NCBI GenBank assembly: GCA_007117415.1
Contig: SKGN01000068.1
Span: 1 to 34,693 of the forward strand
Length of the DNA: 34,693 bases
Direction of reading: 5' to 3'
From: Bacilli bacterium
GTDB lineage: Bacteria > Bacillota_I > Bacilli_A > RF39 > UBA660
The notes below the pieces were generated by a model. That model had not been told where the DNA came from. It saw only the letters and a list, made by a program, of their open reading frames with translations, and ran no database searches. The position numbers were made by a program, and so were the translations under genes. Below are positions 1 to 9,950 of this stretch, piece after piece. Numbering within the stretch: position 1 is the first letter of the stretch; each line of letters starts with the position of its first letter.

Positions 1-118
1 CTTTGCATATATTTAATTTATCTTGCATTGTTAATTTCATTAAAAAACAGCTCCCTTCAGTTTGTGAAGTTGTACCTTTATTATACAACTCACATTCCAA
101 CTTTTGGAAGCCATTTCA
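1..118 (-). mobile_element. IS3-family (IS150/IS861-like) element: left end and start of orfA, runs off the window
   Basis: Minus strand begins TGAAATGGCTTCCAAAAGTTGGA (TG-terminal, IS3-type end), then SD AAGGGAG and ATG AAA TTA ACA ATG CAA GAT AAA (MKLTMQDKLNICK), resembling IS150-group OrfA N-termini. A second copy lies at 9828-9942. Confidence 0.65.
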
Positions 119-126
119 TTTCTTAT

Positions 127-200
127 TGGAGCGGATGATGGGAATCGAACCCACGTAGTCAGCTTGGAAGGCTGAGGTTCTACCATTAAACTACATCCGC
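127..200 (-). tRNA. tRNA-Gly (TCC)
   Basis: GCGGATGTAGTTTAATGGTAGAACCTCAGCCTTCCAAGCTGACTACGTGGGTTCGATTCCCATCATCCGCTCCA: cloverleaf, anticodon TCC, encoded CCA. Confidence 0.97.
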
Positions 201-219
201 AATTAAATGATGCTTTTTA

Positions 220-248
220 ATTATACTTATTTTTACTATAATTGTCAA
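220..248 (-). promoter_or_regulatory. sigmaA promoter of tRNA-Gly
   Basis: TTGACA-17 nt-TATAAT, perfect consensus, about 20 nt upstream of the tRNA. Confidence 0.85.
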
Positions 249-333
249 CGTCAAACAAACCTTTTGTTATAAATTCCATAAAATAATAATGCATCATATT
301 TAATTATATGATAAAATTTGAGAAGGTGATGAT

Positions 334-1035
334 ATGAATAAATTATTAGTAAGTGATTTTGATAATACTTTTTATAATAACAATGTTGATTACTTAAAAA
401 ATATTGAGTACGTTAATAAATTTGTTGACAAAGGTAATTACTTTGTAATTGCGACAGGCCGTCATATCGGTATTTTACTACCCGCTATTAAGCCTTTTAA
501 CATAAAGTATAATTATTTAATATGCAATGATGGTGGAATAATCTTTGATAAAAATTTAAAAATTATTTATCAGAAAGATATTCCAAACGAAATTATTGCA
601 CCAATTGCTAAAATAATAGATAAAAATATAGGTATAGGTGTTTGGTATATTGATACGGGAACTTATATAACAACTAATACCAACAGCAACGCTAACGGGA
701 TTATTGGAAAAATTTTGAACTTTAATAACGCGGAAGAACTTTTAAATTATATAACTTCTAATTATAAAGAGGTTCACGGGTATTTAAGCACCGGTTGGAT
801 TAATATTACCGAAAAAACTGTTACTAAACAAAGTGTTATTGAATTATTAAGCACTTCCTTAAAAATAGATAACCAAAGCATTTATACAATCGGTGATAAT
901 ATTAATGATGTTTCTATGTCCGTTTATAATAGTTACTGTATGACAAACAGCGTTCCTGAATTAAAAGCTGTTTGCCAAAAAGAATACGATGCTGTTTATC
1001 TTTTAATTCAAGATATATTAGACGGAAAAATTTAA
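334..1035 (+). CDS. HAD-superfamily (Cof-like, IIB) hydrolase
   Basis: Motif I SDFDNT, motif II ATGR, CNDGG, motif IV GDNIND. Confidence 0.9.
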   Translation: MNKLLVSDFDNTFYNNNVDYLKNIEYVNKFVDKGNYFVIATGRHIGILLPAIKPFNIKYNYLICNDGGIIFDKNLKIIYQKDIPNEIIAPIAKIIDKNIGIGVWYIDTGTYITTNTNSNANGIIGKILNFNNAEELLNYITSNYKEVHGYLSTGWINITEKTVTKQSVIELLSTSLKIDNQSIYTIGDNINDVSMSVYNSYCMTNSVPELKAVCQKEYDAVYLLIQDILDGKI

Positions 1036-1080
1036 TGACTTTTAGCAAATATGATAAGAATTTTTTATTGGGAGTTGAAA

Positions 1081-2133
1081 ATGATGAAAACTTGTATGAA
1101 AGTTAAAAACAATTATGTTTCTATAAATGCTATTTTTAAAGAACTCGGTTATATCGTTTTTTATAATGAACAAAAAAAGATGATAATTTCCATTTCTAAA
1201 GAAGGTAATTATATAAGTCATCAAATAGGAACTAATGTTATGAATATAAATAAAAAAAACTATGAATTTAATAAGTCCTCTATTTTTGAAAAGGGCACCA
1301 TAATGATTCCAACCAACTATATTGATAAAGTTTTAAATTTAAGGTTTAAACTTAATGAAAGCGGCAAAGATTTGAAAACAGAAAAAAATAATAAGTCCTA
1401 CATATTTCAATTTATTGCTGAACCTTATTTCAATCCCGAAAAGTTTTATCAATACATAAAATATAATAAAGATAATGAATTACCTATTAATGAAATCGTT
1501 ATTCATGTAAATATCGGCTTAGATCAGCCTTTTTACACTAATATTAAAACAATTAATGATCCCCATAATTTTTTAGTATTATGTAATAAATATCGTCAAT
1601 TACCAAAGTCTTTTCGCCCCCTAAATTTAGTAAAAATACCCTCAACCTATTTTTTAGGCGATAGAGATGCAAAAATTGACGCTACTGCGCTTGAGCATTT
1701 AATATTAATGCGCAATGATGCTCAAAAAAAAGGGCTAGAGTTAATCATTGTTTCTGGCTATCGAACCAATTCTTACCAAAGAATGTTATACAATAATTCT
1801 AAAGAAACAAAGGGTATTGAACACGCTGATACGTATTCAGCTAGACCAGGTCATTCAGAACATGAAACAGGGTTTGCAATCGATATTAATAGCGTTGAAA
1901 CAACCTTTGAAAACACAAAAGAATTTGAATGGTTAGTAAAAAATTCTTATAAGTATGGCTATATTTTAAGATATCCTAAAGGCAAAGAGCATATTACGGG
2001 TTATGGTTATGAACCATGGCATTATCGTTTTCTTGGTATATTAACAGCAACTGCTGTATATAAAAGCGGGCTTACTTATGATGAGTATTACGTCCAAAAC
2101 ATTTATAAAAATAACTATACTACTAATTTTTAA
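1081..2133 (+). CDS. M15B (VanY/LdcB-like) Zn carboxypeptidase with N-terminal copper-amine-oxidase-N-like (stalk) domain
   Basis: SGYR, SARPGHSEHETGFAID (SxHxxGxAxD) and EPWH motifs. Start moved from 1051 to ATG 1081, which follows GGAG. Confidence 0.85.
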   Translation: MMKTCMKVKNNYVSINAIFKELGYIVFYNEQKKMIISISKEGNYISHQIGTNVMNINKKNYEFNKSSIFEKGTIMIPTNYIDKVLNLRFKLNESGKDLKTEKNNKSYIFQFIAEPYFNPEKFYQYIKYNKDNELPINEIVIHVNIGLDQPFYTNIKTINDPHNFLVLCNKYRQLPKSFRPLNLVKIPSTYFLGDRDAKIDATALEHLILMRNDAQKKGLELIIVSGYRTNSYQRMLYNNSKETKGIEHADTYSARPGHSEHETGFAIDINSVETTFENTKEFEWLVKNSYKYGYILRYPKGKEHITGYGYEPWHYRFLGILTATAVYKSGLTYDEYYVQNIYKNNYTTNF

Positions 2134-2152
2134 ATTAATAGTATAGTTTCAA

Positions 2153-2173
2153 AAAAATCTCTTAGAGATTTTT
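2153..2173. terminator. Bidirectional intrinsic terminator between convergent genes
   Basis: AAAAATCTC-TTA-GAGATTTTT; a second inverted repeat AACTATACTA...TAGTATAGTT lies at 2113-2148. Confidence 0.6.
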
Positions 2174-4322
2174 ATTTTGGTTCAATCATTGTTAAACTTA
2201 CCCTTTTTTTATCATATAAAATATCTTCAACATAACAATAAACTATATCACCAACATTAATTACTTCTAAAGGATGATTTATATATCTATCAGTAATTTT
2301 AGATATATGAACTAAACCATCATTTTTTAAACCAATATCAATAAAAGCCCCAAAATCAACTACGTTTCTAATTGTTCCTTGTAATTTCATACCTTTTTTT
2401 AAATCTTCTAATTTTAAAACATCACTTTTTAATATCGGTTTATCTAACTCATCTCTAGGATCTCTATTAGGTTGTTTTAAACTTTTAATTATATCTTCTA
2501 AAGTATATATATCAATCTGTAATAGTTCAGAAAACTCTTCTTTATTTATACTGTTTAAAACATCATTCATAACTTGACTACCTACATCTTCTATTTTTAA
2601 ATTAAGTTTACTTAATAACTCGTTAGTTGCCTTATAACTTTCAGGATGAATTGGTGTCTTATCTAACGGATTATCTCCATCTGATATCCTAATAAATCCA
2701 ATTGATTGCTCAAAAACTTTTTCATTACAAAGTTTTTCTTTTTTTAATTGCTCCCTTGAATCTATTCTTCCTGCTTTATCACGGTATTTTAATATTTTAT
2801 CAATTACGGTTTTTGTCATACCAGAAACATACTTTAATAATGATTTGCTAGCGGTATTGATATTAACACCAACATTATTAACGGTTTTTGTCACCGTGAA
2901 ATCTAAAGCTTCTTCTAACTTAGTAGATGATACATCATGTTGATATTGCCCAATTCCTATACTTTTAGAATCTATTTTAACTAATTCGCTAAGTGGATCT
3001 TGTAATCTCCTAGCAATACTAATAGCACTTCTTTCTTCAACATTAAGATTGGGAAACTCTTCTATAGCTACTTTACTAGCCGAATAAACACTAGCTCCTG
3101 CTTCATTAACGATGATAAATGAAACGTTTCTTTTTGCATCTTTAATAATATCAGCAATAAAGGTTTCACTTTCTCTGGAAGCTGTACCGTTACCTATTGC
3201 TATAATATCAATGTTATATTTATTAATTAACTTTATTATATGATCTTTACTTTTCTCTTTTTCATTCCTAGGCTCATGCGGATATATAACGGATATATCT
3301 AAAACCTTTCCTGTATTATCTACAACTGCTAATTTGCACCCTGTTCTGTAGGCAGGATCAAGGCCTAAAACAACCATTTCTTTAATGGGTGGTTGCAATA
3401 ATAGTTTTTCTAAATTTTTTCCAAAAACATCAATTGATGCATTATCTGCTTGTTCAGTAAGTTCGCTCCTAATTTCCCTTTCAATACTAGGACTTATCAA
3501 CCGTTTATAACTATCTTTTATAGCGTCAATTATTATCTCATACGTATTACTTTTTTTATTTATAATAATATTAGATTCTAAATACTCAAGAAAATTTGAT
3601 TCATCTATTTCTATTTTAGCTGTTAAAATTTTTTCTTTTTCACCACGATTAATCGCTAAAACTCGGTGTGGTTTAGCATACCTTATTTGTTCTTGATACT
3701 CATAATACATCTCGTATGTTTTTTTTTCATCAATCGCATCTTTCTTAATTTTCGTTTTAAGATAACCATTTAAATAAGTATTCCTTCTTATCCATTTTCG
3801 ATACTCAGCATTATCGCTTATCCATTCCGCTATAATATATTTAACTCCCATTAATACTTCTTCTTTTGTTTTCACGTTATCATTAATATATTCCTTTATT
3901 AATTCCTCTAAATCATTAATGTGATTATTATTTATAATTACTTTAGCTAAAGGTTCTAAACCATTTTTAATCGCTTCCGTTGCTTTTGTCTTTTTCTTCT
4001 CCTTATAAGGTCGGTACAAATCATCAACCTCAACTATTTTTTTGCAGTTTATAATATTAATTCTTAATTCTTCTGTCATTAATCCTTTTTCTTCTATTAA
4101 CCTAATAACATCTTCTTTTCTTTTAGATAAATTAACCTGATATTCATAAACCTCATTTATATTTCGAATAACTTCTTCATCTAAATTACCAGTCGCTTCT
4201 TTTCGATATCTAGCAATAAAAGGAATGGTATTACCATCACTTAACATTTTTAAAGTGTTTTCCACTTGATATATTTTTATATTTAAATTAGCACTAATTT
4301 CATTAATAATTTTTTGATTCAT
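2172..4322 (-). CDS. tex: Tex-family RNA-binding transcription accessory protein
   Basis: GNTIPFIARYRKEATG, GLDPAYRTGCK, VNEAGASVYSAS, GQYQHD and a C-terminal S1 domain. Confidence 0.97.
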   Translation of the reverse strand: MNQKIINEISANLNIKIYQVENTLKMLSDGNTIPFIARYRKEATGNLDEEVIRNINEVYEYQVNLSKRKEDVIRLIEEKGLMTEELRINIINCKKIVEVDDLYRPYKEKKKTKATEAIKNGLEPLAKVIINNNHINDLEELIKEYINDNVKTKEEVLMGVKYIIAEWISDNAEYRKWIRRNTYLNGYLKTKIKKDAIDEKKTYEMYYEYQEQIRYAKPHRVLAINRGEKEKILTAKIEIDESNFLEYLESNIIINKKSNTYEIIIDAIKDSYKRLISPSIEREIRSELTEQADNASIDVFGKNLEKLLLQPPIKEMVVLGLDPAYRTGCKLAVVDNTGKVLDISVIYPHEPRNEKEKSKDHIIKLINKYNIDIIAIGNGTASRESETFIADIIKDAKRNVSFIIVNEAGASVYSASKVAIEEFPNLNVEERSAISIARRLQDPLSELVKIDSKSIGIGQYQHDVSSTKLEEALDFTVTKTVNNVGVNINTASKSLLKYVSGMTKTVIDKILKYRDKAGRIDSREQLKKEKLCNEKVFEQSIGFIRISDGDNPLDKTPIHPESYKATNELLSKLNLKIEDVGSQVMNDVLNSINKEEFSELLQIDIYTLEDIIKSLKQPNRDPRDELDKPILKSDVLKLEDLKKGMKLQGTIRNVVDFGAFIDIGLKNDGLVHISKITDRYINHPLEVINVGDIVYCYVEDILYDKKRVSLTMIEPK

Positions 4323-4353
4323 GTTGCCTCCTACTAAAGATAATTATAAATTT

Positions 4354-5301
4354 CTAATATTTTTCAAAAGATTTAATTACTTTTTGAATAAAGTTACCTA
4401 TTACTATAATTATAATTACAACCAAAATAGAAATAATAATAATTTTAATTATTTCGTTGTTATTGGCTTCTCCTATTTCAATACCCTCATCTTTTACCGT
4501 TACAATTTTATTAGGATTAATATCTCCTGTTTTTTCAACTACAGTATATATTCCAGGTTCTGTAATTAAAAAATGAAATTCATTGTTATCAATATTATAA
4601 TACCCTTCACTTTCACTAATCAAAAAAGCATTGTTTCCTTTGTCATCGATTCTAATTGGAATAAGGTTTTCTAAATCATTTATCCCATTATTATTTACAG
4701 AAATAATTAATTCAACTGGATCATCATAATTATTTATCTTTATTTCATCCCTCATAAAATATGATTCTTGCTTAGCTAAAAACGAATCTAACATGATAAT
4801 AGGATTATCAATATAATTAACAGGCTGATTATCAAAAACTTTTTTCAGCACCGAGTATTCTTTATTATATATTTCATTATCAATATTAGTTACTTGAAGA
4901 ATATAAAAAAGATAGACCGTATCCTTCGTTACTTTTCTAAGACTTTCTTTGTATGTGTTTTCAACCGGAACAATTAATTTATAATAATCATTTTCTAAAA
5001 ATAATTTTTGGACGCCCTCTACTGTTAAGGGACTATTATCATCCGGGAAAACTTGATAAATATTAAATTCTTGATGGATGTATATCTCATATTGATCATA
5101 TAACATATCGCCATTAAAATTATAAAAATATAACCTATTATAATAATCTCGAGGATATAATATTATTGTATTTTCAAAATTTTTATCATCCGGAAATAAA
5201 AAATAAACATTTCCGTTTTCATCAAAATGAGGACAACTATTAACTTTGATAGGGATGATAAAAATTATAATAAAGATGATTAACCTTAATATTTTCATCA
5301 T
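4354..5301 (-). CDS. Hypothetical exported protein with C-terminal membrane anchor
   Basis: N-terminal signal peptide, C-terminal hydrophobic helix with basic tail; ATGA overlap with the upstream gene. Confidence 0.75.
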   Translation of the reverse strand: MMKILRLIIFIIIFIIPIKVNSCPHFDENGNVYFLFPDDKNFENTIILYPRDYYNRLYFYNFNGDMLYDQYEIYIHQEFNIYQVFPDDNSPLTVEGVQKLFLENDYYKLIVPVENTYKESLRKVTKDTVYLFYILQVTNIDNEIYNKEYSVLKKVFDNQPVNYIDNPIIMLDSFLAKQESYFMRDEIKINNYDDPVELIISVNNNGINDLENLIPIRIDDKGNNAFLISESEGYYNIDNNEFHFLITEPGIYTVVEKTGDINPNKIVTVKDEGIEIGEANNNEIIKIIIISILVVIIIIVIGNFIQKVIKSFEKY

Positions 5302-6446
5302 TCTTTAATCCCTCTTTCATTTATTAATTGTCTTTTGTTTAAAATACAAAAAGCAAAAATAGTTATAGGAATAGCGCAGATTAAACCAATACTTCCGGTT
5401 ATAGCTCTAACTATTTCGGTTGCTACAGAATCTAAATTAACAATTTCATTTAATGTTTTTTGATAACCAATAAAAATAATAATAGTCGATAAAGTTCCTC
5501 CCGTATACGCTAAAATAAGGGTGTTTACCATTGTTCCCATTATATCTTTACCGATATTAAAACCTGATTGAATTAATTTTTTTAACGATATATTAGGGTT
5601 TTCCTTTTGAATTTCCGTTAGCGCTGAAGAAATAGATATAGCCACATCCATAGACGCCCCTAATGCTCCTATAATAATACCGGCAAATAATAATCCTCTA
5701 AAATCAAAAGGAATATTACCAGGTAAATACAATAACATTCCGGCATCGGAAGTACTAAAACCTGTTAATTTAGCAATGATGCCATAAGAATACGCGATTA
5801 AACCACCAATAATTAAACCACCAATCGTCCCTATTATAGCGGCCCCTGATTTTTTGTTGAAGCCAGCTGTTATAGTAAGTGTTATTATGGTTGATAATGT
5901 GCATACCATAACGGAAACTAAAATAGGACTATAGCCTTTTAGTAACAAAGGAATTAAAACGTATAAAATTAATAATATAATTACTGATAACGCCATTATA
6001 GCCTTTAATCCTTTAAATCTACCAATTAAAATCAAAAGGAATAAAAAAAGAGCAATTAAATGAAGCATATAACCGCTTCTTTCATAATTCATAACATAAA
6101 AAGAAACCTTACCATCATTATCTTCTTCAGCATGAACCGAAATCTTTAATCCTTTTCTTAACTCTATATCATATAAAGGATTTCCTGATAATGTATTTCT
6201 AACTTCTGTTATCATTCCTTTATAATCTTTATTTAATATTTCTATTTCAGCTATTTGAATAGTCTGTTGTTTATTTTCATCAATATTAATTATCGTAGTG
6301 TCTTTTATATCTAGTACTTTAGCTCTATATAAATTCAATTGATATTCTTCGGGAGTAAACGGAATATCAGTAGTAGCAATAACCTCTGGTCTAAAGATAA
6401 ATAAAGTTACAAATAATAAACTAATAATTAATAATTTTTTTATCAT
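5298..6446 (-). CDS. YibE/F family membrane protein
   Basis: GIIIGALGASMDVAISI, GKDIMGTMVNTLILAYTG and EIVRAITGSIG motifs; multiple TM helices. Confidence 0.92.
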   Translation of the reverse strand: MIKKLLIISLLFVTLFIFRPEVIATTDIPFTPEEYQLNLYRAKVLDIKDTTIINIDENKQQTIQIAEIEILNKDYKGMITEVRNTLSGNPLYDIELRKGLKISVHAEEDNDGKVSFYVMNYERSGYMLHLIALFLFLLILIGRFKGLKAIMALSVIILLILYVLIPLLLKGYSPILVSVMVCTLSTIITLTITAGFNKKSGAAIIGTIGGLIIGGLIAYSYGIIAKLTGFSTSDAGMLLYLPGNIPFDFRGLLFAGIIIGALGASMDVAISISSALTEIQKENPNISLKKLIQSGFNIGKDIMGTMVNTLILAYTGGTLSTIIIFIGYQKTLNEIVNLDSVATEIVRAITGSIGLICAIPITIFAFCILNKRQLINERGIKE

Positions 6447-6460
6447 CTTTTACCTCCTTT

Positions 6461-7393
6461 TTATCGCTGACTACTAGCAGCTTTTAAAATCATCAATTGA
6501 TGCCTCTCATCAATTTTATTAACCCCAGGAATTAAACTATTGTAAAAAAAGATATCAACGACGCCAACCATATTATTATCGCGAATACTATTCAAGTTAA
6601 TTCCCCGGCGTGTACCACCACTTCTATTATCAACAATCACCCCAAAAGGAGCATCATCTCTTCCTGAATGAGGATAAGGCGCTATAGAAGCCGCTATATC
6701 AATACCATCAATCGTAACAATAACAGCCCTTCTTTTAAAGGTCCAGTTACCGCCAGCTGCTTCTAATAACTTTTCAGTATCAGCCGCTGTCAAAGGTTCC
6801 ACATCTGCAAGATAAGTATACCCACCTATTACTCTTTTAACTTCATAAGTTATTCCTGTTTCAACATCTGTTACAGTAGCCGTCTTACCTTCTGCAAATA
6901 TTTTTAAGGCTTCCGTATAAGGAACTAATAATTCATTAACTGTTTCTAAACCAATCGTTTTAACCCCTTCTCTAATATTAATATACACATTATAATTTAA
7001 CCTCTTAGCTAAAAAATCTAGTGATATAAATAAATTATCTTCTTTCTCGATTATAGTGTTATTAATTATTTTCGTTTCTTTAATAGACTCATAATCTCTT
7101 TTAATTAGAGTTATTTCTTGTTCTTCTAAAGTTAATATATATTGCTCATTTTCACTCTCTAATTCAGCCTCAAAAAAATTTACTACCGCATTTATTAAAA
7201 TTAAATAATCATCAAAATGATTAATAGGGTTTATTTCCGTATTAACCTCTATATTATCAATTTTTATTATTAATTCATCATAATCTTCTAATACATCCCT
7301 ATTCAAAAATCTAAACAGATTATTAAATGGACTCAATAAAAATAATATTATTAAAACCATTATTAAAATGATAGATAAAATAATTTTGTTCAT
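6461..7393 (-). CDS. Membrane-anchored cell-envelope protein (stalk-like domain plus uncharacterised C-terminal domain)
   Basis: N-terminal TM helix; LFISLDFLAKRLNYNV stalk-like segment; C-terminal ATVTDVETG...ADVEPLT...RRAVIV...IAASI..YPH domain I recall from Bacillota peptidoglycan-binding proteins. Confidence 0.65.
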   Translation of the reverse strand: MNKIILSIILIMVLIILFLLSPFNNLFRFLNRDVLEDYDELIIKIDNIEVNTEINPINHFDDYLILINAVVNFFEAELESENEQYILTLEEQEITLIKRDYESIKETKIINNTIIEKEDNLFISLDFLAKRLNYNVYINIREGVKTIGLETVNELLVPYTEALKIFAEGKTATVTDVETGITYEVKRVIGGYTYLADVEPLTAADTEKLLEAAGGNWTFKRRAVIVTIDGIDIAASIAPYPHSGRDDAPFGVIVDNRSGGTRRGINLNSIRDNNMVGVVDIFFYNSLIPGVNKIDERHQLMILKAASSQR

Positions 7394-7506
7394 AAAACCT
7401 CCATAAAATATCCTAATAAAGATACTAAACCATTATATCATATTTATATTATTACTTCTATTCATTATACTAACAATTTTAATCGAGCATAAAAATTATA
7501 TAATAT

Positions 7507-7537
7507 ATAAAAAACCTTATAAAATAAGGTTTTTTAT
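7507..7537 (-). terminator. Intrinsic terminator
   Basis: ATAAAAAACCTTAT-AAA-ATAAGGTTTTTTAT downstream of the 7589 stop. Confidence 0.75.
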
Positions 7538-7588
7538 CAAATTTAGTCTGTATTTATTTTAATACTTTTAATTTTAACTTTAATTATT

Positions 7589-8607
7589 CTATCTACTTCT
7601 TCCATCATCTTGATTATTTCTCATCATTGAAACCTCTTTAACAGTTTTCATAAAGTTCTTTTTGAATTCTGGGACAGTTAAATATGTCGATATTTTTTGA
7701 TAGTTTGCAACTATATAATCAGGTTCATTATTGGCAATGAAGCTAGCGGCCAATTCTCTCTCGATATTATTAATTATTTTTTCTTGTCTTTTTAAGTTGC
7801 CCTCAAATTCTTGTCCATTTTGCATGGTTATTTTTCGAGGTTCTCCTTCTAATTGATTACCATATCCATAAAGCAATAATTTATCAATTGAATAAATTTT
7901 TTCGAGTTCAAACATAAACTCTTCAAATTTTCCTTCATTCCCAGGAAATGCTTCATATAGTTCCTTCAAATGTTTTCGGCCTTCTTTTTTATAACCTAAC
8001 GCTAACATTTGATTTAATGGTATTCCTAAACTATTTGATAATAACATTAATATATTCCCATTTAATTGATATTCTGATAACGGACTGTATGGTACATGAT
8101 TTTTTTGGCCTCTTACACTATTTGGTTGTTCTTTATAACTTATATTCGTTCCATTAGACACATGATATAAAATCTCAGCAGTAAGTTGAGTTGCTCCTTC
8201 AGTTAAGAACATTCCTGTTTTACCATCATAGAATGAGCATTCTTCATAATTATTAACTTTTCTAGTTTGAAGCACATGAGTAAGTTCGTGAAAAAAATAT
8301 AATTTATTTGTTTCATAATTCGCCTTCATATTCATTGTAATTTTATTTTTATCTGTTCTTCCATAAACCCCACCTAAATTAGCTTCAGTAATAGAATGTA
8401 ACAGATAAGGTAATTGTTTTACTATTTCAATTGGATCTAAATATAATCCTTCTTCCTTATCTAATTGATCAATTGCATTAATATAGTCGGCAATTAGAAG
8501 AAAATATTTATCGGGAATATGATGTTGTATGTTTCTATATTGCGATTTAACGGCTGCAAATAAACCACTAGTGATTAAATTTTTTCTCTTTGAGATCTAC
8601 TAATCAT
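7589..8607 (-). pseudogene. Frameshifted HEXXH (gluzincin-like) metallopeptidase-domain protein
   Basis: SD AAGGAG plus ATG at 8607 gives MISRSQREKI*. One extra A in the A6 run (8580-8585) would join it to the open frame containing FHELTH...EGATQ, giving 339 aa. The ORF track shows only 7589-8335. Confidence 0.65.
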
Positions 8608-8677
8608 TATTTATAAACTCCTTAATTATTATTTTCATTATATGAAAAGTTTCTATCATAAATATTTTAGCAAATTT

Positions 8678-9538
8678 TTAGTTAATAAACGGAATATAAG
8701 TATATTTATATTGATGTTCTTCTCCTGAGCCTCCAACATTAGACGTCCAATCATAAGTCCCCTCATAAATTTCACTATTACCATCAATGAGATGATTAAT
8801 TTCAATGATTTCTCCTAAATAAACTATATCTACTTCCCAAACATCGTGGTAAAAATGGACAGAAAATCTCCCTAACTCACCTATTTTAGGAACAAAGATA
8901 CCTTTCAAATCATTTGAAATTTCTATAATGTTTATAACATCTCCGGTCGCTTCAATCAATTGATCTTGGTGTTCTATAATATGATTATTCCCATCAATGT
9001 CTATTGCATCGATTATCAATTTTTGAAAATCAGGGCCAGATGAACCATTAATATACCTGGTTTCCATATAGTAACTATGATTTAGAATAACATTATTATT
9101 AATTACGAATTTAGCGTTAGAAATAATGTCATAGAAGTAACTTTCAATATCAACAACTTCTTCATTGACTTCCTTAACTATATCGTTTTCTCTTTTTTCA
9201 AATATATAATTTCCATCAGTAATAACCATTGTTATGTTACCGTTTTTTTCAAGTAATATAAATCCTTCTTTTGGAGCGTTACTAGCCAAATCTAATTTAT
9301 TTTCTCCTATTTGATTGCCATCATTAAATACAAATAGTTTATCTTTAGGAGAAACATGTAGCGATGACATTGCGTAATCAGTTTCAACCGCTTTTATTAT
9401 CATTAAAACGCTACTCTCAAATGCATTTTTTCTAACCTGGCTTATTAGTCCCGTTATTGATGGTATTGCTATTGATAAAATTATTGCTAGTATTACTAAT
9501 ACGGACAATAATTCTACTAGCGTAAATCCCTTTTTTAT
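8678..9538 (-). CDS. Type IV pilin-like protein (prepilin N-terminal cleavage/methylation motif)
   Basis: In-frame extension gives (ATA)KKG|FTLVELLSVLVILAIILSIAIP, after SD AAAGGAGG; extended -10 TGATATAAT at 9580-9572. Confidence 0.85.
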   Translation of the reverse strand: MKKGFTLVELLSVLVILAIILSIAIPSITGLISQVRKNAFESSVLMIIKAVETDYAMSSLHVSPKDKLFVFNDGNQIGENKLDLASNAPKEGFILLEKNGNITMVITDGNYIFEKRENDIVKEVNEEVVDIESYFYDIISNAKFVINNNVILNHSYYMETRYINGSSGPDFQKLIIDAIDIDGNNHIIEHQDQLIEATGDVINIIEISNDLKGIFVPKIGELGRFSVHFYHDVWEVDIVYLGEIIEINHLIDGNSEIYEGTYDWTSNVGGSGEEHQYKYTYIPFIN

Positions 9539-9779
9539 TTTACCTCCTTTGGTTTTGTATCTTATAATTTTATTATATCATATACTAATCAGTATATCTC
9601 TCGCAAAAATAAAAAAAATTAAACCTTTTTCTGATTCTTCGTGTGCTTTCTTATTTTTTAAAATACCCTTTGAAAACGACCTAACAACCAAAAATTAAAT
9701 AATTTTACCAAATTGATTTTAAATTAATGCCGAAGCTTTAGATGGTCAACGTTTTTTTTGAACTAAATTTAAAAATTTA

Positions 9780-9942
9780 TTATATCTTTTATTTATATGA
9801 GATAATTTTCTTCTTCTAATATATGTTCTTTGCAGAATTTAATTTATCCTGCATTGTTAATTTCGTAAAAAAAGCTCCCTTCAGTTTGTGAAGTTGTATC
9901 TTTATTATACAACTCACATTCCAATTTTTGGAAGCTGTTTCA
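9780..9942 (-). mobile_element. Decayed IS3-family left-end remnant with orfA pseudogene
   Basis: 9828-9942 matches 1-118 (roughly 90% by eye). orfA start is ATG>ACG with frameshifts; residual CKEHILE...LSHINKRYN. The 9780 boundary is approximate. Confidence 0.6.
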
Positions 9943-9950
9943 TTTTTATT

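Noticed and set aside
1-9942. Composite transposon bounded by the two IS copies
   Set aside because: Both are left ends in the same orientation, the second is truncated, and the enclosed DNA includes housekeeping genes such as tex.
7500-9950. Integrative element at tRNA-Gly(GCC)
   Set aside because: No integrase and no duplicated tRNA 3' end seen; TGGAGC near 9272 is only a 6-mer inside the pilin gene.
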